Assembly (NCBI RefSeq): GCF_002113885.1
Contig: NW_018407219.1
Coordinates: 184,302-248,301, forward strand
Length of the DNA stretch: 64,000 nucleotides
Direction of reading: 5' to 3'
Source: Mizuhopecten yessoensis
Lineage: Eukaryota
Both the position numbers and the translations under genes were made by a program. The notes under the pieces were generated by a model that saw nothing but the letters and a program-made list of their open reading frames with translations, was not told where the DNA came from and ran no database searches. Shown one piece after another: positions 1 to 15,000 of this stretch; the first letter of the stretch is position 1, and each line of letters starts with the position of its first letter.

Positions 1-3000
1 AGTAACCGAGACTCAGTGTGATCTTGGTAAGACAGACTTTGTTGTTATGTAGTGTACATTTGTGATTTTATTTTTCTGGTTAGTGTAGATCTTTGCACAG
101 CTGTTGTGATTGTTACCATGTTTGGTCGGAATCATCGCTCAGGGAAGACAATAATATTGTGTATAAGTGAAGTTTCTGAATCCCCAGGAGCCAGAGGTAC
201 AGGGCCTGAAATGTGAAGTTAGGGCAATCTTTGCTTCTAAATCCTGCTCCTCCTAAATGGCAGCATCAATTGTAACCATATTCAGTTTGAAACAAAATAA
301 TCATAGTTTGCATAAATGAAGTTAGTGCAACAACTTGATGTTGAAGGATAAAACCCCTAATAGAGGAGTTTGATCAAGAGACCCACAATATAACCATATA
401 CATACTGATAAACATAAAGAGACAAAACACTGTTCATGCTACATTTGTACCAGGATTGGCTCCAGGGTCCATCCCTATCTCAGGGACTTGAAACACACAC
501 TCCCCCTCCTCCCCCTCACACACACACACAATCCCCCTCACAGACTCACACCTCCTTCCCCCTCACACACTCACATTCCCTCCTCCCCCCTCACACACTC
601 ACACCCCTCCTCCCCTCTCTCACACACACACACATCCCCCTCCCCCCAACACACACACATTCCCCTCCACCCCTCACCACACACACACATACCCACACAC
701 CCCCCCCCCCCCCCCCCCCCCCCACACCCACACCCCCCCCCACCCCCCCCACACCCACACCAACACACCTCCATCCTTCACACACACACACACACACACA
801 TCCCCCTCCCCCCCTCACACACACACACACACATCCCCCTCCACCTCTCACACACACACATCCACCCCCACCCCACCCACACACATCCCCTTCCACCCCT
901 CACCACACACACACATACACACACATCCCCCTCCACCCCTCACACACACACACACACATCCCCCTCCACCCCTCACACACACACACACCCCTGGTAGTTA
1001 GTCCCTGCATCATATCATGGAAGCAGTTATAAGATAAAAAAAATCCCAACAACTATAAAACAGGTTTTTCCAGCTTATAATAACCACTGTTGTTGATCTG
1101 GGTGCCAGCACACAGATGGTTTTGCTTGGAAAGGAAACCAGAAAACCCATTTGGTCAGACGGGTGATCCAATAACCCAATGGCCAATTGGGGAATCAAAC
1201 CCTGGCCATCTTTGTGAAAAGCAAGTGCACAATCCACTGTGCCACTCAACCACATTGAAGCAGTTCACATATATGGAATCGTATTAAACATTTGTGTTGC
1301 ATACTGCATACTGAGAAGCTTTCGCCTCGTTAAACTTTCGCCCTTCACCGGCAGAGTCCTTATTCGCCCAGTGATAAATTCGCCCTACACCACAATTAGT
1401 GGAAATTCCCCGTTACTAAAAAGAGTATGACTACTCGACACAAAACACAATGTAACACAATAGTATACAAGTAAGTATGAGCAGTGTTCATACATGAAAT
1501 GGTGTTACAGATGAGAACAATTAAAGATTTTGGTTTTCAATCAGTTGTACGAAGGCAGACATTGAAATGTTGATCTTAAATTATTTAAAAAAAAAAAGTT
1601 GGACACTCGCCATCGCCATTTTCTACAACTGCATTCAAAAACACAAAGGAGGAAGTACAAAACATTGTGTGGGAGCAGTGGTTAAAAAAAGAAAACAAAT
1701 TAATCTGTTCTTGAAATATTAAATAATTAAAAAATAAAACAAACTGTCAATCCTTTATTATGAAACATAATGCTGCATTACACACACTGGACCCCAATTG
1801 TATCACATACGGTACCTGAGTTAAGCCATCAGTGTAGATGAATAGTGACAAAACATATGCCATTGTATACATATTTATTTTTTTACTTTTGCCATCATGT
1901 TAAATTCGCTCTCAGATCTGAAGGAGATAGTTAAACTGTGGCGAAACTTTCCCGGTATACAGTATAGTGAAGAACACAATCATGCTACCAGGATTATTGC
2001 CTTGGTCAACCTCGCCCCTAGTGACTGTCCCCAGTTCAAAACATAGAAACTGTAAAAATAATAAAGATTTCTACCCTATAAGCAATATAGAAACTGTAAA
2101 AATAATTAAGATTTCTACCCTATAAGCAATATACAATTGCTAATAGATTGACATAATCATGGTACAAGGATTGGTTCTTGGGTCCAGCCCTGCCCCAGAT
2201 GACTTAGTCCCAGGGTCATAATTCTGTCCCTTTAGCCATCTACACATACACAAAGCTCCTTATTTTGCTATTTTTTAGATCAGTTAAAAATCAAATTTGC
2301 CACCTTAACCTATGAATGCCTCACTCAGTCCTTTTCGACTAGTTATCAAGTTTTGCATGACTATTCCTCTCAGTTAGTCCTGCATGTTGTCATGTCCATG
2401 CTGTTAATTTTGGGGTTAATTAGAAATTCAAGATGACTAGCTGGTCTTCTGACTGAGACATTTGGTGCTATTCTTAAAAATCTCACCTAGTCAAAAAATC
2501 CACTCAAATTGGTACAGATGTTTCTTTAACCCCTGCAGTACCCTGACCAAGTCTGGTCATTGTTATAGATTGGCGTGGTAAGAAATCGAAGGTGGTCACC
2601 ATGGTCTTAAATTGTCTGTAAGAATTTCAGAATTTCTGGAGTTCGGATGAGGGGTGTCACAAGAAGCCTAGAGTGGAATATGATACAGAAGGAATGTATA
2701 ACGATACATATCCCAATATATTGTCACAGGAAAAGGAGGTTCATTTAAAAAAGGATTTGTAGTCAGAACGTTACCAAACTGTATCTTATATCATATGGAT
2801 TACACAGATTTTTTTCTTCTTACATAAACCATCAATTATGAAATTTCAACTGATTCCCACCACTGTTTATGGTTATTGGCATATCTGTTAGAATATGTTG
2901 GAATGTGCAAAGTTAAAACACCTAGCAGAGTCATAGAAACAAGCTTTTGAATAAAACAGCGATGCAGCAATATTTCATTTCTATATTGCAATACAATGCA

Positions 3001-6000
3001 AATGCCTATGCTTTGTTATTTACCCATTTTCTGATATGTTTGAGTTTGATAAAACAACTGAGCAATGCTGGCCCTATGGGCCTCTTGTTTTCCTATCGTT
3101 TCTATCTTCTTTTAACTTCTTTTTACTTCTTTCTCTGTCTTAACACTACACATTTCATTTACTTCTGTGTTACCCTTAACAATCCCGAATAATTTGTGTG
3201 CCACAAACATATCCCAATGTCCATGTTGTATACCGGGGGTACTCTAATTTGTTAATTACTGTTTCCTTTCATTTTCAGTATTTAATTATTCTAAATGTAC
3301 AAAAATTGGTTAGTCCTGTATATTTTGTGTTAGTAAGTCATTACAACTTTTAACATTAAAATTCAGATCAACAATAGCAAAACAAAATCCTCAAGTTCTC
3401 ATAATATACTGTATAGTTATAATTCCTGGTTACAGGCAGTTTATCTTATTAATAAATGTATTGTTTATGTCACACAAAACTAATTAATTGAAATTTTAAT
3501 TTTTAAATTGATGCAAATGATCAAATATTAATTGCTAATTTGATATTTCCGATAACACACAAGTGAATGTTAAAAAAAAGAAAGCTTCCATTGTTAAATG
3601 TTTGAATTGTTAAATGTTTGATAGTGTTAAATGTTTGAATTGTTAAATGTTTGAATTGTTAAATGTTTGATAGTGTTAAATGTTTGAATTGTTAAATGTT
3701 TGATAGTGTTAAATGTTTGATAGTGTTAAAAGTTAAAACATTTCAAAAATTACCTTTAAAAATTGCTTTTCTATATATAAGGTTTGGAAAATATTGAACT
3801 TTTCCCTGTACATACGAATTCTAGAAAGTAAAGGAGAAATTATAATTTTAACCTAAAAAAGTGCAAGTGTTAATTCTTTTCATTATAAGCATGTTGATGT
3901 GAAAAATATAACAAACCAAACTTCCCATGGTTTACACATAGAAATTACAAAATGCTTCAAAAGTAAACAACTAGGATTTGACAATGGAAATTACCACACA
4001 ATCTTGAAATTAAAATAGACAAACTTCATGTCATGAATTACACACAAATCTAGAAAAAAAGAAATGGCAAACTTCATACAACAGTTCATGATTAAAATAT
4101 AAATGTAGAAAGTCCCTCTTACCATGTGTATCATAAGTAAAGCGGTGTAGGAATTCAGAAGTCATTTGTCTGACGTATTGGTAACCCTCTGTCTCTGATC
4201 AGTACTGGTCTGTCAATGCCGATCCCAAACAGCAAATCCTGGTAATAGAGGTGAAGGAGGCAGGTGATTGGTCATTTAAGCCAATGACCATTTGTTGATG
4301 CTGACCTGTCACATGCTGCTTGTAAGGATAAAGCTGTCCACGTTTTAAAGGGATTTAAAATAATTTACGAATTAAAAACAGCTAAGTAATGTGAAATTGA
4401 TTTTAAAATGTATTGAAAAGGTGTATTAATTAAATATTGAACTAGGAAAAATTGAAATTATGATGTGGACATCAGCATAGAATTGACCTGATGACTGGAT
4501 GAAGTGATCTGACTAGCTTCTGATTAAATCCCCTATTTTTACACCTGCAGTATAGTATTCTCTCAGTTATAAAGTACAGGGATTAAGTATTTAGCACTGT
4601 TTGAGCATCAAATGTAGGATTAAGAATTTAATGTTTCAACACCTTTGGTATTAAACAAGGATTGGCAGGATGACAGTCTTTCTGTCATATTTGAGGAAAT
4701 AGGACTAAATGAATACTTAAGTCGAGTTCCTGAAATTGTTTTTGATTTCAAGGAAAATTATCCACAAGTAGCTGTTGTTTTTAAAGAATTTATCCAAAAT
4801 CTTATAAAGTTTCATAATTGTTGTATGTGTACAGTAAAACCTGGTTGTATCGCCACATGTAATGACTAATGTGCTTTGTACCGACATGTGTAATGACTGA
4901 TGTACTATGTACCGACAAGTGTAATGACTGATGTGCTTTGTATCGCCACGTGTAATGACTGATGTGCTATGTTCCAACACGTGTAATGACTGATGTGCTA
5001 TGTACCGACACGTGTAATGACTGAAGTGCTATGTACCAACACTTGTAATGACTAATGTGTTTTGTACCGACACATGTAATGACTGATGTGCTATGTACCA
5101 ACATGTGTAGTGACTGATGTGCTATGTACCAACACGTGTAATGACTGATGTACTATGAACCAACACGTGTAATGACTGATGTAATATGTACCAACACGTG
5201 TAATGACTGATGTACTATGTACCAACACGTGTAATGACTGATGTACTATGTACCGACACGTGTAATGACTGATGTACTATGTACCGACACGTGTAATGAC
5301 TGATGTACTATGTACCGACACGTGTAATGACTGATGTACTATGTACCGACACGTGTAATGACTGATGTACTATGTACCGACACGTGTAATGACAGATGTG
5401 CTATGTACCGACACGTGTAATGACTGATATACTATGTACCAACACGTGTAATGACTGATGTACTATGTACCAACACGTGTAATGACTGATGTACTATGTA
5501 CCAACACGTGTAATGACTGATGTATTATGTACCAACACGTGTAATGACTGATGTACTATGTACCGACACGTGTAATGACTGATGTGCTATGTACCAACAT
5601 GTGTAATGACAGCTGTGCTATGTATTGACACTTGTAATGACTAATGTGTTTTGTACCGACACATGTAATGACTGATGTGCTATGTACCGACACGTGTAAT
5701 GACTGATGTGCGATGTACTGACACATGTAATGACTGATGTGCTATGTACCGACACATGTAATGACTGATGTGCTATGTACCGACACATGTAATGACTAAT
5801 GTGCTATGTACTGACACATGTTATGACTGATGTGCTATGTACCGACACGTGTAATGACTGATGTACTATGTATCGACACGTGTAATGACTGATGTGCTAT
5901 GTACCGACACATGTAATGACTGATGTACTATGTACCGACACGTGTAATGACAGATGTGCTATGTACCGACACGTGTAATGACTGATGTGCGATGTACTGA

Positions 6001-9000
6001 CACATGTAATGACTGATGTGCTATGTACGGACACATGTAATGACTGATGTGCTATGTACCGACACGTGTAATGACTGATGTTCTATGTACCAACACGTGT
6101 AATGACTGATGTACTATGTACCGACACGTGTAATGGCAGATGTGCTATGTACCAACACGTGTAATGACTGATGTGCTATGTACCGACACATGTAATGACT
6201 AATGTGCTGTGTACTGACACATGTTATGACTGATGTGCTATGTACCGACACGTGTAATGACTGATGTTCTATGTACCAACACGTGTAATGACTGATGTAC
6301 TATGTACCGACACGTGTAATGGCAGATGTGCTATGTACCAACACGTGTAATGACTGATGTGCTATGTACCAACATGTGTAATGACAGCTGTGCTATGTAT
6401 TGACACTTGTAATGACTAATGTGTTTTGTACCGACACATGTAATGACTGATGTGCTATGTACCGACACGTGTAATGACTGATGTGCTATGTACCAACACT
6501 TGTAATGACTGATGTGTTTTGTACTGACACGTTTACTGACTGATGTGCTATGTACCAACACTTGTAATGACTGATGTGTTTTGTACTGACACGTGTAGTG
6601 ACTGATGTGCTATGTACAGACACGTGTAATGACTGATGTGTTTTTTACCGACACGTGTAATGACTGATGTACTATGTACCAACACGTGTAATGACTTATG
6701 TACTATGTACCGACACGTGTAATGACTGATGTGCTATGTACTGACACGTGTAGTGACTGATGTGCTATGTACCATCACTTGTAATGACTGATGTGTTTTG
6801 TACCAACACGTGTAATGACTGATGTACTATGTACCAACACGTGTAATGACTTATGTACTATGTACCGACACGTGTAATGACTGATGTACTATGTACTGAC
6901 ACGTGTAGTGACTGATGTGCTATGTACCAACAATTGTAATGACTTATGTGTTTTGTACTGACACGTGTAATGACTGATGTACTATGTACCGACAGGTGTA
7001 ATGACTGATGTACTATGTACCTACACGTGTAATGGCAGATGTGCTATGTACCAAAACGTGTAATGACTGATGTGCTATGAACCAACATGCGTAATGACAG
7101 ATGATGTACTATGTACCGACACGTGTTATGACTGATGTACTATGTACCAACACGTGTAATGACTGATGTACTATGTTCTGACACGTGTAGTGACTGATGT
7201 GCTACCGACACGTGTAGTGACTGATGTGCTACCAACACGTGTAATGACAGACGTGCTATGTACCAACACGTGTAATGACTGATGTGCTATGAACCAACAT
7301 GCGTAATGACAGATGGGCTATGAATCGACACATGTAATGACAGACGGCTATAACCAGATGACAGATTTAACCCTATTTAAACCTGACTTAACTTACATAT
7401 TGTTCTACTAAAGACTACTGTCCATCCTGATGTTGGTTAAGTCAGAATTCACTGTATAAGATATATCTTGAAATGAACTGACTTTTCCAAAATGCCAAAC
7501 AACAGTTTTATGGGTAATACCATAATACAAACAGATCCAATTTCTTGTCTACAACACTAGGAAATGTAACAGGCAGACAGTATATATGTGAAAAAAATGT
7601 CAGGACAACAACCATTCAAAGAAAGGATTAAGACAATTATAAAAAGAACATAAATGAATATAAAATTCTTTTGAAATTTATGAATAAAATACATCTCCTC
7701 CCAAACTGTTGAGGCAAAGTCCAATAGTACAACTAAATTGTAGTACATGTAGTAGTCTGCTTATATTATTAACCCTTGGGGGGCTAAAGGTCTGGATAAA
7801 AAATGTTTAAACTGGCTGATTTGTTTTAAATAACATTTATTTCCAAATTACAGGGCAGATTTCAAACAAATATTACTGACAGCATCTTTAGCCTATAGGG
7901 ATCAAAAGGCATACAAATAAAGGGGCTGAATCTCATGGGTCTAAGGATCAGATGAAAAGAGGAAGAAGTTTTAATAAAGTATTATATACATGTACTTATA
8001 TGTAGTAAGATTACCCAACCTCATTAAGCATATTAGGGGTATGCTTTGTCGTATTCTAGCATCCTACTGAGAAGCAGATGTATTACAGTACTCTACCTTT
8101 ATCTGACTTTAATGATGTGTCTTTGTTTATTTCGGTGTATCAAATCAATTAGTTTGTTGTATCGTGATACGAAAATCAATTTAGAAGAGGGCTTACTACC
8201 CGTTACTTGTTAATGAGTTGGCTAGATTTACATTTGTGCTGCTGTGTGCAGGTAAATAGTGTCACTACAGGACAGAAATGACTAGTGACATACTGGGTTA
8301 CCTAAACTATTAGTCACCTGCTGATGATGCTGATGGGTAATCCTATTTAGGGCATCGGGTAACACAATAGGTATATGAATACCGGTAGTGTCAAGAACAG
8401 ACCTTCATCACTGCAGTCCAAATTTTACACCAAAGATTTTTATGTGAATTGAACAAGACCTTAATCTGGGTCCAATTATTAACACCTCTATAGGTACGCC
8501 ACTCAGGTTACCCAACACCTTACCCAACGCTCGACTCATCACTTAAGTACTAATCACTATCAAAGCTCAGGAGGGGAGGCTGTGATCGGGTTTTATCTTG
8601 TTATGTGATAGGTTAACATAGCGCTTTTAGTAATCTCCGCTCATCTTTTCACAACTAACAGCACCACCTTAGTTCCATACATGTGCCTACAGTCACACGA
8701 TTTTAGCTGTACAAATACATTAATTGGCCTGGTAATTGCTGGAACTGTAATTGTTATAAGTGTTTATAAATACTTTTAACTATTTGTGTTTCATCACTTA
8801 ACAATAAATAAAATATAATAGGAGTGATATATCAGGATTATTTACACAATGCAGTGTGTAAACATCTTTAAGGCTTTTCATTGGTTAGTTCAGATACAAA
8901 ATACAAACAGGAGACACTGCATGAAATAATGAGTTCCTCACAACAAACAGTTTAAAACCAATGCTATATACGTTATTTTAGTATTTTATACCAATAGTAA

Positions 9001-12000
9001 ATTTGTTTTCATAAAGAAATATTCTTCTTATTATATTGATTATACTAATTATATTGTTTTACTGTGTGCTGAAATAGCCAAAGATCATTGATGTCAGCAA
9101 GTATTGTTGAAATAAAACAAATAATGTTATACACAGATTCTCACCTAACTGGGAGTAGTTACCATATCTGTAAAACTTGTATCTTTTGTGACTTTAAAAA
9201 GTTGAGGGATATAAAAATAACAGTCAGTCAAAGAGGAACCTCTCTATTTCACTGGTAACCAATTCAAGACATCAGTTTTATAACCTGGAATCCAGTTATG
9301 TTCCACTGGTAACCCAGATATCAGTTTATAACCTGGAAGCAAGTTATGTTCCACTGGGAACCCAGAGATCAGTTTATAACCTGGAGACCAGTTATGTTCC
9401 ACAGGTAACCAACATCTGTAAATAATTTGGGAACCTCTTTATGTTCCACTGGTATCACACACATCAGTTTATATCCTGGACACCAGTTATGTTCCACCGG
9501 TAACCCAGATATCAGTTTATAACCTGGAAACCAGTTATGTTCCACTGGTATCCCACACATCAGTTTATAACCTGGACACCAGTTATGTTCCACAGGTAAC
9601 CAACATCTGTAAATAATTTGGGAACCTCTTTATGTTCCACTGGTAACCCAGACCTCGGTTTATGATCTGTGAACTTCTTTGTGTTCCACATGTAATCAAC
9701 ACCTCAGTTTTTAGCTGGGAAATTGTTTTTTATCAGTGAAATGTATGATATACTATTATAAATTTTAACGACCAAATGTTTTATTGATAGATTGTACAGT
9801 AAAATGTGCTAGTAATACACTGTAATTTGCAGTAGACATAGCATGTGTTATCTGATGCCTTTGAAATTAAGACAAGAAAATTATGACTACATTATAAACT
9901 AGATATCAAATTAATGGACCATTATACATTTTCATAAACAAAATTTAGAAATAAAAACAATGAAATGAATTTTTTATGGTTTTTTTTTAATTCTAAATTT
10001 TAATTTCTGTTTACTTACTGGTATGAAATAAAATTGTCTCCCTGTTTAAAATTTCATAGAAAAGTAAAGAGTATATATTGATTTTGTTATAGTTGCTAGT
10101 TTTCACCTCAATTGATTGAAGCCAAATGGTTGACCTCAGCAACCGATTGTTACGGTCCGGACGACAGTACAGTACACACCTGTACCACTTACCTGATGTC
10201 AGTACAGTACACACCTGTACCACTTCCCTGACGACAGTACAGTACACACCTATATCACTTACCTGACGTCAGTACAGTACACACCTGTACAACTTACCGG
10301 ACGTCAGTACAGTACACACCTGTACCACTTATGTATAGTCAGTACAGTGCACACCTGTACCACTTACCTGACGTCAGTACAGTACACACCTGTACCATTT
10401 ACCTGACTTACATACTGCAGGAAAAGGAGTCCAGCAGCATTTTAAAATGTCAATTATATTATTGAGTTAAACATCATGTTCCTCAATAAAATACATGTCC
10501 ACATGTATATTTCAATAAACATGAAATAAATCTGTGATACATATAAAAGGCTGACTGTCACACCACATGGCACACATTGAGCATCAAACTGCTTTCATTT
10601 GCCATTTATAAGGAGTATGAATGCCACTGGAAAAACATAAACTTTTTCAAATTTTATTTGGGTTTAAGGCCCTTGTTACAGCCAGGATCACATGGAGACA
10701 GTTGTATATAAGCAAAATGTAGCTTTAATTGTAATTCTATATAGTCATAAGGACAGATTTGTCTTACATTCTTTAGTTGTTAAAATGACTGAGTGTTTAC
10801 AGCAATCTCAGCAAATGATTTTCACTCTTCTGTAAAGCTTTTGTGTCAAAATAACAGGCATTGAAACAAAAAAACGAAAAATACAGTCTTAAACACTGAT
10901 ACATAACATGTTTATCTCAACTCTGAGGGACAAAAATAAAGAACCACATGAAATGAAAATTGAAAATAAATCTTGAGTCCTGGAAATTATTTTCAGATTG
11001 ATCAACTACACAGATTTGATTGTGATCAATGGTTAGATCTGGAGTTTATTTGAATGGCAAAATATCCTGACTGCTGCTTTTATTTGACATGAACTTAGTA
11101 GGTTTCTTCACAGTGAAGCATATGAGTGTTAGACCATGTACAGTGCTACGAAGCCCCTGGGAGGGAGGATTAAATGCCCTGGATATGTGTCTTCTGAGGT
11201 GTCTGTCACTATGTTATATAGATCTGTGGTTACAAAAGTCATTTGAGAATTGCAGGTTTGATGGCCTCTGCCATGTTTTGTTTGATGTGTTTCAGGATTA
11301 ACAGCCATTCGCAGTGACGAGGTGTATGACCTGATGCACAGAGACTACCCAGATAAGTATGCTGTAAGTATTGATACACAGATACTTCCCAGATAAGTAT
11401 GCTGTAATTATTGATACACAGAGACCACCCAGATAAGTATGCTGTAAGTTTTGATACAGAGACTACCAAGATAAGTATGCTGTCAGTATTGATCCTGAGA
11501 CTCCCCAGATAAGTATGCTGTAACTATTGATACACAGAGACCACCCAGATAAGTATGCTGTAATTATTGATACACAGAGACTTCCCAGATAAGTATGCTG
11601 TAACTATTGATACACAGAGACTACCCAGATAAGAATGCTGTAAGTATTGATGCACATAGACTACCCAGATAAGTACGCTGTAAGTATTGATACTGAGACT
11701 ACCCAGATAAGTATGCTGTAAGTATTGATACAGAGACTATACCCAGATAAGTATGCTGTAAGTATTGATACTGAGACTACCCAGATAAGGATGCTGTAAG
11801 TATTGAGACACAGAGACTACCCGGATAAGTATGCTGTAGGTACTGATAGTTAAGGTACAGCAGTATAGAGTATGCTGTAAGTACTGATACACACAGACTC
11901 CCCAGATAAGTATGCTGTACGTATTGATACACAGAGACTTCCCAGATAAGTATGCGGTAAGTATTGATACAGAGCCTATACCCAGATGAGTATGCTGTAA

Positions 12001-15000
12001 GTATTGATACTGAGACTACCCAGATAAGTATGCTGTAAGTATTGATACACAGAGACTACCTCGATAAGTATGCTGTAAGTATTGATACAGAGACTACCCA
12101 GATAAGTATGCTGTAAGTACTGATAGTTAAGGTACAGCAGTATAGAACTCAGACAAAATAGCAGACTAAAGGCACACATGTCTTTTGTGTTTCATATATA
12201 TACTCAGCAAAAAAAGTTAAGGGTCATGTGTTAAGATTGAAGAAAATTATCAAAAATTTTGTCGAGATTAATTTTCTGCTATCCGTTTTAAAAATTACTG
12301 CATTCACCATAATGTGCACATGCAACATTGTATCTGGGGCACAACAAGCAGTCAGCGCACCTGGCTTTGTATACCTAACCGACAATATAGAGTGAAACCT
12401 GGATACGATGATCATCAGAAACCATTGGTAAATGAGGTGAATCTCTCTAATTTAGCAGTTATTGAATATCGTCATTGAATTAGGACTATATTTGACGATA
12501 TGCCCCAAAGGCGGCACTTGAGCGTACAGCAGGCCGGTAGTGCCATACGAATGCTTCAAGCTTGCATGACTCAGCAAGATGTGGGCCGAAATTTTAATGT
12601 CAGACAAAGCGTTATTGGAAGATTGTTGCAACGCTTCCAGGCAAGTGGTTCTGTCTGCCAGAGACCAAGAAGTGTTAGGTATGACAGCCCTTCAGGACTG
12701 CACATTTGTTCTTCAAGCCAAGAGGAATAGGTTTCCTTTTGCTGTAGAGCTGAGTACCAACTTCAGAAATCATCTAAGGATGCGGATATCAACTGAAACC
12801 TACCGAAAGAGATTACATCAAGCGAACCTTCATGCTTGCAGACCCGCCGTCGGCCCAATTTTGACCCTACGACACAGGACCGCTAGACCAGGTTGTTGCA
12901 GAAACCATGTTAACTGGCAATTGCGTCATCTTCGTCCAGTTCTCTTTCCTGATGAGTCTAAATTCTGTGTAGATTTTAACGATGGAAGGAGACGCGTGTG
13001 GAGAGAGAAAAATGAGCAATGTCGTGACTGTTGTGTTACAGAACACAATCGATTTGAAAGTGGTTCATTAATGGTATGGGGAGGCATATCTATCGACGGT
13101 AAAACAGACTTGTACGTCATCAGAAATGGAACGTTGACTGGTCAGCGATACAGAGACAAGATCCTTCATTCTATTGTTCATCCACATGCTGGTGCAATTG
13201 GCCCCAACTTTGCCCTGATGGATGATAATGCACGTCCCCATCGTGCAAGGATAGTGCAGCAATATCTTGAAACTGAAACAATTGACCGAATGGATTGGCC
13301 TGCTGTATCTCTCGACTTGAATCCCATAGAACATATATGGTAGGTTCTTCAAAGACAAATTCAAAAGCGAAATATTTTTCCTTCAACTTTTATCGAACTC
13401 GAACTTGCACTTCTTGAGGAATGGGCGAATGGGCCACAAATGACCATTCATAGAATTATCCGCAGCTTCAATAGACGCTGCAGAACTTCACTTTGAAATC
13501 TGAAACCTTTGGGGTAAGGACATGTTGTTATTGATTAATCTGCTGCATATTGAATTTAGTGCAATATTGCACTTAGAAATAAGTCAAATATTTATTGATA
13601 TTAATGAAATAACAAATAAATAAACTTTCAGTCATTTTTGTTTTTGTTTGAAATATATGACACTTAACTTATTTTGCTGAGTATATTAGGCAAGGGGTAA
13701 GCCTCTAGAGTAGTACATGTACAATATTTTTACAGATCTCCAAAGGTCAAGGTCAGACCAATTCTAGAAATAAAATTTTGTAAAATTTTAAGTCATGATG
13801 CAGCGTCTGTCGTCCGTCAGGTGCACATCTGTCCGTCCGTCATCGTCCATCAACTTTTCCTTTCATCAACTTCCAACAGGCCTAGAGTCATGATGTTTGG
13901 CTGAAAGCTTTGTTGGTAGGAGACTAACTAAGTTTGAGAATGAAAATGACGTTGACCTACTTTCAAGGTCACAGCGGTCAAATGTATCAAACACTTCAAA
14001 CAACTTCTCCTGAAGTACCAAAAGGTATAGAATCTTCATAATTGGCTGGTGGCTTCCTGGGATAGAGCCTGACAAAGTTTGAGAATGAAAATGACCTTGA
14101 CCTACCTTCAAGGTTTTAGGGGTCAAATATCTCAAACACTTCAAGCAAGTTCTTCTGAGAAAATGAAAGGTATAGAATCTTAATATTTGGCTGGTGGCTT
14201 CCTGGGAAAGAGCCAGACAAAGTTTGAGAATGAAAATGACGTTGACCTACTTTCAAGGTCACAGTGGACAAATGTATTAAACACTTCAAACAACTTCTCC
14301 TGAAGTACCAAAAGGTATAGAATCTTCATAATTGGCTGGTGGCTTCCTGGGATAGAGCATGACAAAGTTTGAGAAAGAAAACGACTTTGACCTACTTGCA
14401 AGGTCACAGGGAATATGTCAAACACTTCAAACAACTTCTGGAGAAGAACAAAAAAGCATAGAATCATATAATAATACTTGGCTGGTAGGTACAACAGATG
14501 GAGCTGACAAAGTTTTCGAGTGAAATATTTGTAGTACAGCATACTATTTAATGAGAATATTTTGCTATGGCTGCTTAAATATTCAGGTGAGCGATACAGG
14601 CCCTCTGTGCCTCTTGTCTGTTAGTTCTAAGGTTGTAGAAAATCATGCTCCATTCACATTGGTTTTAAATAGGAATGTCATTTGTGGTCAAGTTCATTGT
14701 TCCTGTAAATAGAATACAAATATAGTTTCAGTGTATAAGTCAACCTAACAAATGTCTAGGGCATGTACGTTGTCTTTTACAGAATGTAAGAATGATAGCA
14801 GAATCTCCAAAATAATTGAAAATCATTTGGAAAAAACTTGTTCATGAGTATTTGATGCTGTATGAACATTGAAATGCAATAAATCTTACTTGTGGGAGTG
14901 ACTTAGTAATTGTCCATTTGTAATTTACAAGAGGTCATTAACATGTAATTCTCTCCATAATGTTAAATCTTTATTGTTGTTGGAATCCAAACTATTTGAC

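Noticed and set aside
436-1032. Pro/His/Thr-rich ORFs of 198 and 169 aa
   Set aside because: Translation of a CA/C microsatellite inside a PHF10 intron; no splice support.
4123-4240. Minus-strand exon-like segment ([15 protein letters not shown] then GTAAG)
   Set aside because: Stops in all three frames across the putative exon and no partner exon found; chance cannot be excluded.
4645-4869. 74-aa ORF with protein-like composition
   Set aside because: TTG start, runs into the minisatellite, no motif recognised; possibly a TE remnant.
12579-13343. Functional transposase
   Set aside because: Frameshifted from its N-terminus and terminated by a premature TAG.
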